Translations under genes and position numbers: made by a program
From: Hydrolagus colliei
Lineage: Eukaryota
NCBI GenBank assembly: GCA_035084275.1
Contig: CM068749.1
Coordinates: forward strand, 15,748,001-15,812,000
Direction of reading: 5' to 3'
Length of the DNA: 64,000 bases
The notes under the pieces: model-generated
What the model was told of the DNA's origin: nothing
The model's input: the letters and a program-made list of their open reading frames with translations, nothing else
Databases searched by the model: none
Part shown: in pieces, positions 24,375 through 36,879 of the stretch
Layout: the number at the start of each line of letters is the position of its first letter
How positions within the stretch are numbered: position 1 is the stretch's first letter

Positions 24375-25324
24375 AAATGGAAATCTCAGCTTGGTTTGGA
24401 CGCTCTTAAGAACGGCGATGGGTTTTTGCATGTGTCAGACTCCCACCTGTCCCCCCAAAATAAAAATGTGTGGATGATTGAGACCAGTGGCATATCTACT
24501 GTTCCTTTAACATCGCTTCTGAAGCTGTTAAGAGTTGTTGATGACTTTCTAACATTATTTATCAACATCCTGAAATTGTTGTGCATTCTTTTCCTTGTGA
24601 CATTTCTATTTCACACTATACCGTAAGAGTTGGGAACAAGGAGATGTACATTCATGTGGTAGAAGAAACATGAAATATAATAATATGAAAACCATAGTAC
24701 TGTATCTTCAACACTCCCATTCACACAAAAGAAAGGCAGATGTAGATAGATTTCCTGAGTGCTCTTTGGACAGTTTTACAATCATTCTTTTCATCCGATC
24801 AGACAGGAAATGAACTTTTATATGTCCTACGCTATGTGAGACCACCCCTTATGTTATGGTGTTCAGAAGTGCTGATGTACATGACACAAATCAAACCTTG
24901 GTGCAGACATGAGACATTTTTTTTGAAGTTTTTTTAGAAAAAAATGTTTGGTAAGAAAACGTTACCCTTGGCCTCAAAGGATTAAAAGTTATCTCATGTG
25001 TGGCATTGAAATGCTTTGTTCCTGTAATGCTTCTCAAACTCATTTGACAAGGGTATAATGCTGTGTCATTGTGATGAATGGTCAATAAATCACCTTTGAG
25101 TGTTGAAAGCTTATGTCATATCATTGTATCATGGGAAATTCTATATAATCACTGATTATATTTTCAGTTGCATACATTTCCATGTGAATTCTGCATCGTA
25201 CCAGGACTGATGTACTTGAAGTGGCCCCTAAGCTAACACTATACCTTTTATATTTTTGACAAATTTAAAATTCTGAAACTGCACCTTCAACTTTATCACA
25301 AATCATCTGCAAATCACTTTGTGC

Positions 25325-25710
25325 CCTGGTGCCTCTCCAACCTGCTCACAATCCATTCTTCCACCCAGTCCTTGGCTGGCTCTGGCCTTCTCTGTGTTCC
25401 TTGACCACTCCACTCCGCTATCAGCAGCCGTGCTTTCAGCCACTATGCCCTGAATCTCTGAAGCTCCATGCCTCAATCCCTCTTCAGATCACACTTGAAG
25501 ACATTTCACTTTACCACAGTCACCTCGCCATTCTCTCCAGTTCAACCACAACAACAAAATTAGATTTGTACAGCACCTTTCATGTCGGGAGGATGTCCGA
25601 AGGTGCTGCACAGTTAGAGTCAAACTTTGCCATTGCTAAGGACTCTGAGATGCTACCACATATGAAGGATGCTATATAGATGCATGCTGCTATGATTGTT
25701 GTTGGTGGTG
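25325..25710 (+). mobile_element. Degraded L2 3' end with a nested opposite-strand tail at 25545-25614
   Basis: GGCTCTGGCCTTCTCTGTGTTCC...AGCCGTGCTTTCAGCCACTATGCCCTG aligns to the L2 at 28.7-29.6 kb. Own tail at 25637-25710; inverted tail CAACAACAAAATTAGATTTGTACAGCACC. Confidence 0.75.
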
Positions 25711-26310
25711 GTTATTGTATTATTCAATTTGTCAAATCAACAATTCAATTGGCTTGTGGTGAATGCTGAAGAGACAATATGAGTAATGTGGCTGAAGACA
25801 TGAAGGCAGAACTCAATTGAGAGCGGCGTGAGCAATGTGAATTGTACACTGAAGGGTTTTAATAGGTGATGATATTCAAAGGAGTTGTGAACGTGTCAAG
25901 CTATGTCACAGATGTTGCTTGCGATGGATCGGTGACTGCCATTTGTTTTTTTGTTTGTCAACCCTCTGGAGGACTTTCCTCAGCATGCTCAGTTCAGTTC
26001 TGTTGCATTTTACTCCCCCAAGTGTAGTTTTTCAGATTTTGTTGTGGTAAATTGCAACAAAACACCTTTGGCCTCTTCTAAACTCGTTGTAGAGCCTGAA
26101 GGGCTGGCATTTTGTCGACTTCTGAGGGAATGTTAACAAATATCAAAGCATCTTTCATAGTATTGTGGATGCGATGAATTCAACTCTGAGTGGGAGATGA
26201 AGCTACCCTTCTATATATCAGCATGTTGAAGTGTTATTCTCCAAGTTAATTTTGCACTAATTGAAATTTGTTGCGTTTTGTGCTTCATTGCAAATTATGA
26301 ATTCCATATT

Positions 26311-26593
26311 GGAGCCCTGTTAGTTAGAGCACATGTCTTGCAAGCGAGAGACCTGGGTTTGATTTCAGGCAAGGCAAAACCTTGGGCAAGTTTCCTTATA
26401 CCTCATGCCTGATAATAATCTCTCAAAGTAAACAATAATAAATTGGTCATTTCAATCCACGACTGTTTGTGGGATACTGCTGTGTGCAATTGGCTGCCAT
26501 GTTTCGCCTACATATAGATAGTCAATTGAAGCACTTTGAGACATCTACAAAATGTGAAAAGCGCGATATCAAATGCAATGAATGTTAATATTA
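26311..26593 (+). mobile_element. Full-length main-family SINE
   Basis: GGAGCCCTGT...TTAGAGCACATGTCTTGCAAGCGAGAGACCTGGGTTTGATTTC...AAGCACTTTGAGACATC...GAAAAGCGCGATATCAAATGCAA. Confidence 0.93.
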
Positions 26594-27439
26594 CGAACCA
26601 TTTTGTTTTCTTTCAATTCTAGTTGTTATGGAATGTACTGTATCTAAACATTTTAGGTTCCACCTGACAGAACTAGGATTTTTTTTTCCTTCAGGGTCAA
26701 TATTTCATCGTATCCACTTTCAGCGTCATGATAGGATAATTAGTCTTATGATATGGTTACACAGTTTTTCTTGATCAGATGTGCATAGGGCATTTTACTG
26801 TACCATTTTAAAAAACATATTTGGGGACCTTATCCTCGGCAAGATCCTTTTTTTTGTGAACTTGACATGATGTAACCAAAATGGATATTTCCAAGTGTTC
26901 TATTGAATTTTATTCCTAATCAGTCACAGATTTTATTAATCCCTTGATAATTTCTATGGTCTTTCTGCTTGACCGCTATTATCACCACAAAGAACACAAT
27001 TTTGGTTTGAATCTGAAAATATGATGTATTGCCCTCAACTAAAACCCTCTCCAGTGTCAGCGTTCTCTTACCTTGAAAGAATCATACTTGCTAAAAATCA
27101 TGGGTCCTGTCACATTGGAAGTGGATGATACAATTTTGAAAGCTAAGTTCCTTGCTTTTTTTTAAACTTGTCCAGACTGGAAAATTGTATTATGTATTCA
27201 ATGTATTTTGAAATTCACTTTAGTCTTGACAGTCCTGGTCAGTATATCATGAAAATGTGCTATGCCAATTTTATTGAGTTTCAGCCTCTGTTTCTACATG
27301 TGAATTGTTGATGAAATCTGGCTTCCTGCAGTTTTGTTACCCTTGCTCTGTACTTGTAGCGAAAGTCAGCATGACCGAGGCTGGTTTAACTTTGCAGTTC
27401 CAAATATATTTAACATGAACCAGGAAAATGCCCAACATT

Positions 27440-27660
27440 AAAAGGTAAATGATCGTGTTAATTAAAAAGAATCAGCACTTGCTTCCTAAAATGTCAGCTG
27501 TTGACCTCTGAACTGTTAGAAAACCATAATAAAGCGAATCCTATGGTTCTAAGTGTTTGAATTTTATGCAGCAGAGGAATAAAAACGACCTGAGAAAACA
27601 TTTTTTCTCATTTAATTAATATGCAAATGAGAACTATACGGCTGGTTATTTTTAGACTAC
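27440..27660. promoter_or_regulatory. Candidate enhancer / conserved non-coding element
   Basis: Repeat-free block with TTAATTAA twice, octamer ATGCAAAT (27621) adjacent to TTAATTAAT, and TGTCAGCTG. Motif evidence only. Confidence 0.3.
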
Positions 27661-28733
27661 AAACTTGCACTCGTTGTTATGAAAATGTGTTTTGTAGTTT
27701 GGTTAGTGGTGCTAATTAGGCAATAATGAGCTCAAAGGTATATTTATCATGGGTCTTGGGCACACTGGAGGCATGTTGGCACAAGGCAAAACTGCAGTGC
27801 ATTGAAATATAGAAAAAATGCTCACTATTGACTTCATTATTTTTAATGTATATGTGTATCTGCACTTTGTGGCATTTCCATTGCTGTCTGCCATCCTTTT
27901 GACTTTGCAGCAGCAGGTCTGACAGACGAACAGAGGCCTGCGATTGAATTAAATCATGTTCATTGTTTGTTTTTAAGCCAGTGATCTCAACTAGTCACAG
28001 AGCCATATCTAACTTTGAATACACTATCTCGAAGAAGGAGTGCTCCCTTTGCTAGAATTAATTTGTGGAATACCATAGGCATTTTCCTAGTTGTTACACA
28101 TACATCAGACGTAACTATCGATTCACATTGAAACGCACAATGTGTACTATAAATAGAGAACTGTGCTGCATTAAATATTGCTGATGTTTTGTGAGTAAGA
28201 AAAATAGCGCTGCATAAATTCATGCAAACCACATTGAGCGGTCTGATGAAGGAGATAGGATTTAATCCTGTACTTTGACATTTTTGTTGTACGTATGGAA
28301 ATATTTGCTGAGTTTTTTTTATTATTCAGCCCGGTATCCAACTTGATACAAACGGAAGTTTATTGCACACTTGGCGATCATTTTTCCTCAATGCATTGAA
28401 GCAAATGGCTACTTGCTGTCCTGCTGAAAAGCATTGAGGTGTGTACATAAAATAAACACTTAGCTTATGTCTTACTTTCAGTAATTGCAGCAAAATTCCT
28501 CTCCTGGTGTGAGTATTGGTTTATTTAGAAAACAGGTTACACAATGTATTTACAATTAGACATTCAACCTATTAGTCAATAATTAAGTCTCTGGCTTAGA
28601 TCCCAATAATGAAGAATAATACGGGAAGAAAAAGTTGTACCTGGAGAAGTCTTTCCAATTTTCATCCAGTGGTAATTGAAGAAGGATCATGCAGAAACTC
28701 AGATGCTTATGTTAATTGTCCTTAAAATCCCTT

Positions 28734-29645
28734 CAACAACAACAACTTTGATTTATATAGCGCCCTCCATACTGGACGGCGTCTCAGAGCGCTTCACAAT
28801 AGCGGATCCCGGAACCGAGCCAGGGGCAGGGGTAGAAAGATGACCAAAGGTGCGGTCGAAGAGAAAGGTCTTCAGCTGGGACCTGAAACTGAGAAAGGAG
28901 GGGGCAAGATGAAGGTAGTGAGGAAGGGAATTCCAGAGCCTCGGGGCACAGTGGCTGAAGGCACGGCCGCTTAGGGTGGAGCGGAGGATTCAGGGGACAT
29001 GGAGGAGGCCAGACCCGGTGGAGCGAAGGCAACAGGAGCTGGTTTGAGGAGAGAGGAGGTCAGAGAGGTAGGAGGGTGCAGAGGAGTGGAGGGATTTGAA
29101 AACAAGGGTGGGGAACTTGAAGTTGATCCTCTCGGGGATAGGGAGCTAGTGAAGTCTGGCAAGTACTGGGGTAATAGGGGAGCGAAGTTTGGTGCAGGTG
29201 AGTATGCAGGCGGCACAGTTTTGGATGAGTTGGATTTTATGGATTGTGGTGAAGGAGAGACTGGCAAGGAGGGCATTTGAATAGTCCAGCCGTGAGGTGA
29301 CGAAGGCATGGAACAGGGTTTCAGTGGCTTTTGGGGTGAGGTATTGCCGGAGACGGGCGATCCATCGGAGGTGGAAGAAGGTGGTGCTGGTGAGGGACCG
29401 GATGTGGGAGAGAAAGGACAGTTGGGATCGAACCTGACACCAAGGTTGTGAACGGGTTCAGAGACTTTCAGGGGGAGACTGGGAAGGTGGAGGAGGTGAG
29501 AGCCATGTGAATGGAAACATTGACGAGAGCCAAAGAGTATGGCTTGTGTCTTGTCAACATTCAGCTGCAAGAAGTTTGCACTCATCCAGCTCCTGATGTC
29601 TGACAGGCAGGCTGACAGAACATCAGGGGACTGGGGGTCGCAAAG
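28734..29645 (-). mobile_element. 5'-truncated L2-clade LINE (ORF2 C-terminus with frameshift and stops, plus 3' tail)
   Basis: WMSANFLQLNVDKTQAILFG...NLGVRFDP, then shifted frame LSFLPHIRS...FFHLRWIARLR...HAFVTSRLDYSNALL...GRAFSHCAPRLWNSLP...FRSQLKTFLF. Ends in a stem-loop and (GTT)n. Confidence 0.96.
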
Positions 29646-29787
29646 TGAAAATCCTTTTGTCCTTCATAGGATTTAACCACAAAATGTAATGATTATATTT
29701 GTAGATGAACAAATCTAAAATGCTGTTGTGAGTTTTGTGTCTCCGTCAAATTATATAAGAAACTATAGAGTGTCATGGACACAGATT

Positions 29788-29880
29788 GAGGGTGAGAAAC
29801 ACCTCTTGCTACTAAGTGCAATGGTGTGGGTTTATAATGGGAATGCATTAACCTAGCAGCAAGAGGATGTTTTCACCCTC
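29788..29880. mobile_element. 93-bp hairpin / miniature inverted-repeat element
   Basis: Left arm GAGGGTGAGAAACACCTCTTGCTACTA; reverse complement of right arm GAGGGTGAAAACATCCTCTTGCTGCTA. Confidence 0.7.
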
Positions 29881-31989
29881 TCTATTTATGCTGTTTTGGA
29901 AAAACTTACAATACGATAATTGTTTTCAGACTTTTTTTCTGTTGCTATGATATAGGACTCCATTGGCTTCTCGGTCATTGTGTCAGTTTCAGGTGATTGA
30001 CCTCAGCTGGTGGCAGTGTCATTTGATCACCAAGCCACCAATGTGACTGTTTTGGTGGACATGGTCTAATCGAATGATTGTAAGTTTCAGCACATATATA
30101 AGGTGCTTTTTATACTGAATTTATGCTTCTGCCGGTGTAAATTGGTGTGAAAGTTGTTTCATAACAAGGGTATTGGAGAACTGGTGTTGCTGCTGTGCAG
30201 AGGAGCCAAGCTGGTTGTGTGGCAAGTTGGCCTCAGTTTAATTAACACATGTTAAGAATTGGTGTTATTGCATCATAAGGCCTGAAAAGACAAAGTAGAA
30301 CAAACCATGATCTCTTGCTTCAGCGCAATTCTAGCTTTCAATCTTGTAAAGTGGCCTCCTAGTATTGTTTTATATATCATTACATTAAAGCCTTAGAAAT
30401 GTCTGAGTCCTTAACTTGTATTTTCTAGCTGGAAGGTCTGCATTCATTCAGTGCACAGAAAGATCCGAAAAGCACATTGGTATTTGATTTGTGTATGTCA
30501 AATATTTTATCTTCTGCTGTAGATGGAGGAGGGGGGTGGCAAGGAAGCCATTATTTATTATTCTATATCAGCAACAGCTGTTGCTCACATTTGCAGTCCC
30601 TATCAGAAGAAACTGTAGGTCATATCCTTCCTCAATACACTAACATTAAATACTGTACACATAAAGAGCCTGAGAATTAGCTTACTAAAAAGGTTCCTCC
30701 TTAATGAATAATTAAAAAACAACATGTTTTGATATTCAGATATCTTTTGATATTAAGACACTGGCTTAACTTGTCACTACGACTTAAGTAGCCATGTTGT
30801 CAATATCCTGGCTGCTTCCAACGTAAAATGTTAGTGAGGGCTCCACTTTAATTGTCACTCTGCTTAACATGGAACTAGTCACATTCTAGAAATTCTTGTC
30901 AGTTCTTACAATGTAAAATTTAACACATAACTTCTCCTATAAGATTGCATCTTGTATCGGAGAGGTCTACTACCTGATCCTGTGGCTCGTGAAGACACCT
31001 GTCAGTGGTTGGGTGCACATGTTCAGATGCATTGCAGGAACCTCTCATCTGCTGGAGAGCTGTGCTTTGGCCTCCCGCCCCATTTCCTACCTTAGCCTGT
31101 GAAAGGAAAGGGCAGCAATCCATGGCATAGCTTTCCATTGGACCATAGGCCTCTGTGTTGCATCTGAGCCTCATTTTGCCCCAGCGTGGCCCAGGAGGAC
31201 TTATGCCTAACTCGTTACTCTGGTTAACTCGTCACTAAAGCCCATTTATCTTGGTTATCAAAAGTTTACTGTATCTAAAAGTCTGAAATAATTCCTTGTT
31301 CTGTAAGCACACCTTGAACATTGAAAACGTTAAAAAGGAATGTTATTGTAGATCAGAAATGTGTCAAAGCAACAACAACTTGCATTTATATTGCATCCTG
31401 CACACAGAATAGTGTCCTAGAGAGGTTGACTTTTCACCCTTAAGTAACAAAAGATGTCGCCAAGTCCTATATGTCACTGTAACACAAAACATTTAATATA
31501 TGTAATTCATATCTTTGCTCTAGAAAATTGGCTTTTCATGTAAAATCAATTTCTGCACTAATAACCACCCATTTCATGTAATTGTGAAGTAAATTAAACT
31601 GTTTGCGGTAAAAAATAATTAGTGTTCAATGGTCCTTGCATGAATGTGAGAAAGTTATTTTAATGTGACAAATTCTAATTTCACTCTATGTTCATACATA
31701 TACATAATACAAACATCAGAACTAAAAATCCTCCAGATCTGAGTGCTTTTCGCATGATCTTTATCTAAATGAGCATCTCTGGAGTCTACCTTCAGAGTGG
31801 TGTTCCTGTGAATCGGGTGAGATGCGTGACATATTTTGTGTTTCCAAAGCAAGTTCACATTTGGATTCTTATTAAGAAATCTTGTTAGAAATTGATGCCC
31901 TTAACAACATCAGTACACACACAAAAAAAAGTTAAATTTGGATTGAAGTGGGCTGGAAAAAGTTTACATTTATTGAGATTCATCTATAG

Positions 31990-32138
31990 AATACACAGTT
32001 ACTACACTTTACAGTAATTCCTGTGAAACCGTTTGAGTCTCCTGATGTGAAATACAAGGAATATTAAATACTCGGGCTTAAGCACTCCAAGATGCTATCT
32101 CATGTGAAGGGTGCTATATAAACACAAGTTGTTATTGA
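31990..32138 (+). mobile_element. Two consecutive SINE/L2 3' tail fragments
   Basis: ACACTTTACAGTAATTCCTGTGAAACCGTTTGAG... then AAGCACTCCAAGATG...GTGAAGGGTGCTATATAAACACAAGTTGTT. Confidence 0.65.
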
Positions 32139-33958
32139 ATGTTGGCCCAATCAATACCCTGTAGAGCTGCAAATATAAATTGGCTTCACATTCCACATTA
32201 GGATACTAACCAGCGGAATGTGCCTTTGCTCCTGACAGCATGGACAAATCACTCCACATTGTCCATAGTTTAATGTATGTCCTGTACTTTTACCTTTTTA
32301 ATCATTCAAATAATTTAACAGATTAGAAGAGTACCTTCACGTTATTCGCTGCAATAATTTATTGTCTGCCAAATTGGTTGCGAGCAGAGACTTAATTCAT
32401 GCTGACAGCAGATGTGTGCCCAGATTGCCAGATGAATGTTCTGAGTAATAAGTTATTTTTGCTTCTTATGGTTGCCCCTCAGTCATTTGCAGCTACAGAA
32501 ATTAGATTGTTTTTAGGCATTATTATTAACATAAATATTATCTGTGACCAGATGTAGCAGCTTAGCATGTACTCACGAGAGTGATTCACTTAGCTCCTTT
32601 GGTTTTCAATGTTGCTTAAAAAAAATCAGCATATGAAATTCAGGGGTATCAAATTAAACATTATTTGCATATGGTGTAAATATAATAGTGGAAACATAGC
32701 TGCAACATGAATTACATTATCTATCCACCTATGTACCCATTAAAGAGACAATCTCCATTTTGTTGGACAGGGCTGTATATGCATAATATATTATATGTAC
32801 ATATACAACTATGTATGTAAATATATATATATGTATAATATATATCCTGAAGAATGTGAAATTAAGTGTTGATAATAGTGTAACTCTCACCTCCATGTTG
32901 GTCAGTCAATGTTATTTCTCCTTGATGTATTTCTTTGTCTCTGCATCTCAGTGGATTATGTTCTTCAGCTCCATTCCACAAAAAAATGTACGCACTCATG
33001 GTAGGCATGTAATTTTCCCAGCCTGCGTTCCCACTTTTGTCTGTACCATCTTATGAGTTCCAATGTTGTCATCAACTGCATTTCCCCCCGGCGCTGCCAA
33101 TTCATTGCAGAAAGTTCACGCTTCTCCAGGGTTTTTTCTTATTCTGTTTGTCACAGCTGGCCCCGTATCTGGAAAACAAATGAAGTGCTCTTGAGTTGTT
33201 CACTCTTATTGTCTGTATGATGTTAAATGGAAAATTCTTCAACACATTGTGTGAAATACAGTGCTTTGATCTTGGCTTCAGACAATCAAATCCTGTGTCG
33301 CTATCTAAGCCCTGAGCATATTATGAAAAGGGCAAACTCTTGCACTACTAGCAGTAAATAGGAAGAAAGGCAGAGCAATATGTCCTCATGAATGTTGATT
33401 AGAAGGTGAGAAAGACATTCTCAAATTTGCTTGAATACCTTGGAGGAAGAGTTTTCCCATGAGAACATAAAGTTGGGTAGAATCTGTGAAATGGTGAGTT
33501 TTACTTATTATAAGGAAGGATAATCTGAATGGCCTCCTATTATCTTCTTGAACAATATCTTTAAGGCATCATTCTGTGGCCACAAGCATTTCCTTTCCCT
33601 ATTAACTGTGGCACTGCTCAGTTTCCTTGCCATCTTTTACTTGACAAGTTCTCACCAACATCTGGGCAGGGCATATTGCTAGTCCCCTAATATTTTTGTG
33701 CTTGTAAAGTAAAGTGACCTGAGTAGGATTGTTTAACGCACTTTTGTGCCACCTTAGAATGAGAGTGGTCAAAGTTAAGAGTCTAGCAAAGAAAGCAGGC
33801 ATTCCTTTTGTTGATGAGTCCTAATAATGGTTTCATTTCTAAACATAGAAACTCTTCTATTGATGTTACAATTGTGTGGGTATTCCATCTTCAAACATAT
33901 TGATTAAACTGGTTAATGTTAACAGTTGTAACATTTTATTTACTTTTTATTTAAAAAA

Positions 33959-34293
33959 GGAGCTCCTACTGTAGCTCAGTGGTTAGAGCACTCGCCTTAC
34001 ATGCGTGAGACCTGTGTTCGAATCCAGGCAGATCAGGGTGGTACCTGGGGCAAGTTTCCTTGCTCCACATGCCTAATAATAATCCCTCCAAAAAAAAACA
34101 CAATAATAAAATTGGTCATTTTCAATCCACGACTGTTTGAGGCACACTGCTGTGCGCAATTGGCTGCCACATTTCGCCCCACAAATATACAATCAATTCA
34201 CTTTACAGTAAATTCTGTGAAGCGCTTTGAGATGTCGATAAGATGTGAAAAGCACCATATCAAATGCAAGGATTATCATTATATTATTATTAT
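33959..34293 (+). mobile_element. Full-length main-family SINE with intact Pol III A and B boxes
   Basis: TGTAGCTCAGTGGTTAGAGC (A box), GTTCGAATCC (B box), CTGGGGCAAGTTTCC, A-run, Deu core, tail and (ATT)n. Confidence 0.95.
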
Positions 34294-36204
34294 ATCCTTT
34301 ACCATTTGCCTCATGATGAGCCCTTAGAGGTAGCAGTGTGAGCCAAGCATGATACGGAAGAACTGATATATGGAACAAATAACAAGTTTAACTTAAGATG
34401 TCCACCTAAACCTGACATAAGCATTGATCTCTTCGCTCACTGCGCTGCCCACAATGTTAGATTTGTGTTCCTCTTCTGTGTATGAAATAATTTTCTAGAA
34501 GAGCAAAGTCATATACTGATCTGTGAAATACTTCAATTGCATTCACTCCTCTGGTGGTTCGGTAAAATAATCCTGTATCAACAAGATTCATCTGTAAAAC
34601 TGTTTGTATAGAGCAAGGTTAGACCTTGTAGTTTTTTTATAAGGTAGAGTGAGACTGTTTCCCACATCTCTATCCTAGATTTTTCACGTTAATGGCATTG
34701 ATGACAGCTAAATGTTGCCTGTTACAATTCCACGTAAAGACTTTACTTAATCAAGAACTGTCAAGGTCTAGCTGGCCAAATAGGAGACTATAGGTGCAGC
34801 TGGAAATATTATAAACAGCCAAAAGCAAGTTATTTATTTGCCTAACTTGAAATGTAGTATGACCGCACAAATTCATCACACAGTTGTTTGGTGAAATCAG
34901 CACACTGGCTATGAATGGGTAAAGTAGCGATGTCACCTTCCATCTCCAATTTATTAGCTACAATAAATTATCCCTCAGATTCAGGATGAATCTTGTGTTT
35001 TATTGTGCCCTTGGGATCTAGGACTTTTATATAAATACTGTATGTGTCTCCCAAGGGTACAACAGAGGTTGTCCTTTCCCTTTTATTCTTACACAGGTTT
35101 CTACGAATGTAATACCTATTCCGTGTAAGGGATTTGTTGCACAATGATCATCTCTCCTCCTTTGAATAGCTAAAGAAAGGTTCTGTGCAACTTCAGGAGT
35201 GCAATACCATCTGATACATGCAGGTCCATCATGCCCATCACAGCAGTATTTGAACATTTCCCTCCATCAAAATTGTATTCTCTTATGAATAACCCATTGG
35301 ATAAGAATTGGATTTCTGAACTGTATTATATCTTTATTAATGAATGTATGGAATCAACTTTAATAGCTGTGAAAGTCTGAGCTAAAGACTTGGGTAGATG
35401 AATTAAAAGAGATGTGTCGGAAAAGATATTGCAAATACTCATTCATTTTTTCCCGGGTAATCAGAGCAAGGAGATCCATAAGATGAAAATTTGCAGTGAG
35501 CTCCATACATCTTTCTGTTAACTATACTGACTGGTCCCTGCAAGGGAGAGAATGCAACCTAAAATAATCACCTATATATTTCCTGAAAGTCTATGGACAA
35601 TAAAGGCTTAGAAACTAGATGATTAACTGTAACTTGCCAAATTGCTGGAATTCTAACCCTATGTGACTTTGTACACATACGTCTTATGTTTGCCTGCAGC
35701 AGGTAGTAGTTTGTTGCCTGGAATAGTTCACCTGATAATTTTCATTGCTGCCGTGAAAAGAGAACACAGAATATCTTTTGTTGAGAACTAAAATGTTCTG
35801 TATGTGCTGTGTATTATGTCAATTTCCTCAGCTAAGCACACTCTCATTGAACAAGTCGTAGCATTTTTTAACTGATTACAACCATCACATAACATTGGAA
35901 TAGATAAATGTCCAGATGTGGAATAATGATTGATATTGACATTGGAGTGCCAGTACTGGCTTACCTGGCTTCCTTGCCATGTGCTGGACTCTCCATTCAG
36001 ACCCGATTCCAATTTCTATTGCACTCATCACAGGGGAGAAAATTATTCCTGGTGTCCAACTGCAGTAAGACCTTTGTGAGAGACCTGTTTTAGCTCCCCT
36101 TTTGTTTCCACCTGGTTATTTGATTCTTTCTTCTTGACTTCTTCAAAAGCACCTTCAATCCCATTGTGTCATTCGCTTCCCATTGTTGAGCAGCTGGTTG
36201 ACTC

Positions 36205-36518
36205 TGTGTGCAGATATAATGCATGACAAGTATACAGTCGGCTTTCCTGCTCTCTTTCCTCCTGCCCCACCCCTCCCCTTGCCATCTTTCCCCTGTTTTT
36301 CCCTTAATCCCACTTCCATGACTGTTGTGGGACACTGCTGTGTGCAATTTGGCTGCCGCGTTTCGCCCACAAATATACAGTCGATTTTCCTGCTCTTCTT
36401 TGTCCTGCCCCGACCCCTCCTCCTCTGCTCCTGACCCTACCTAACTGTACAGCACCTTGAGATGTCCTCTCGATGTGAAAGGCACTATATAAATGTAAGT
36501 TTTGATTGACTGATTGAT
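36205..36518 (+). mobile_element. Variant SINE: Deu core, pyrimidine-rich spacer and L2-like tail, with partial tandem duplication
   Basis: GTGGGACACTGCTGTGTGCAATTTGGCTGCCGCGTTTCGCCCACAAATATACAGTCG, then a C/T-rich spacer and AGCACCTTGAGATGTC...GAAAGGCACTATATAAATG with a (GATT)-like end. The TATACAGTCG-plus-spacer unit also occurs at 36231. Confidence 0.75.
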
Positions 36519-36879
36519 GACATATTCCCCAAACAATAATCAGTAAATGTAAAATTAGAAAGCATGGATACGATAAGGCCATTCAAGCTCACGTCATTTT
36601 TTAATGTCCAAATTCAGGGCCAAAAGAAACCATTTTATTCTCATGTATCCCCAGGAACTAATCTCCTCTCGGCTTATTTCACAATTGGAAATCTGTTCAT
36701 TCCATTTCACAGCAAATACTAGATGTACTAATTTGTACAGTGCTACCAATGAATGTATCAGTGTGTTCATTGGCAGCACTGTACAATTACAGCTCACTCA
36801 ATAACCGAACAGCTCTAAGTGTAAAGTAGGTATTTCTCAAGATATATTTGTCATGGTTTCCTTATCTTTTATCATATCC

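Noticed and set aside
28971-29585. 204-aa ORF with Ser/Pro-rich C-terminus, and the antisense 93-aa Gly/Glu-rich ORF
   Set aside because: Out-of-frame and antisense readings of the frameshifted L2 ORF2.
33965-34035. tRNA-Ala-like sequence (also at the heads of other SINE copies)
   Set aside because: No complete acceptor stem, and it runs directly into the SINE body. It is a SINE head, not a tRNA gene.
35701-35755. let-7-like string AGGTAGTAGTTTGT
   Set aside because: Preceded by C rather than TG, so the seed is broken, and the downstream arm pairs only over about 8 wobble-rich bases. No precursor hairpin.
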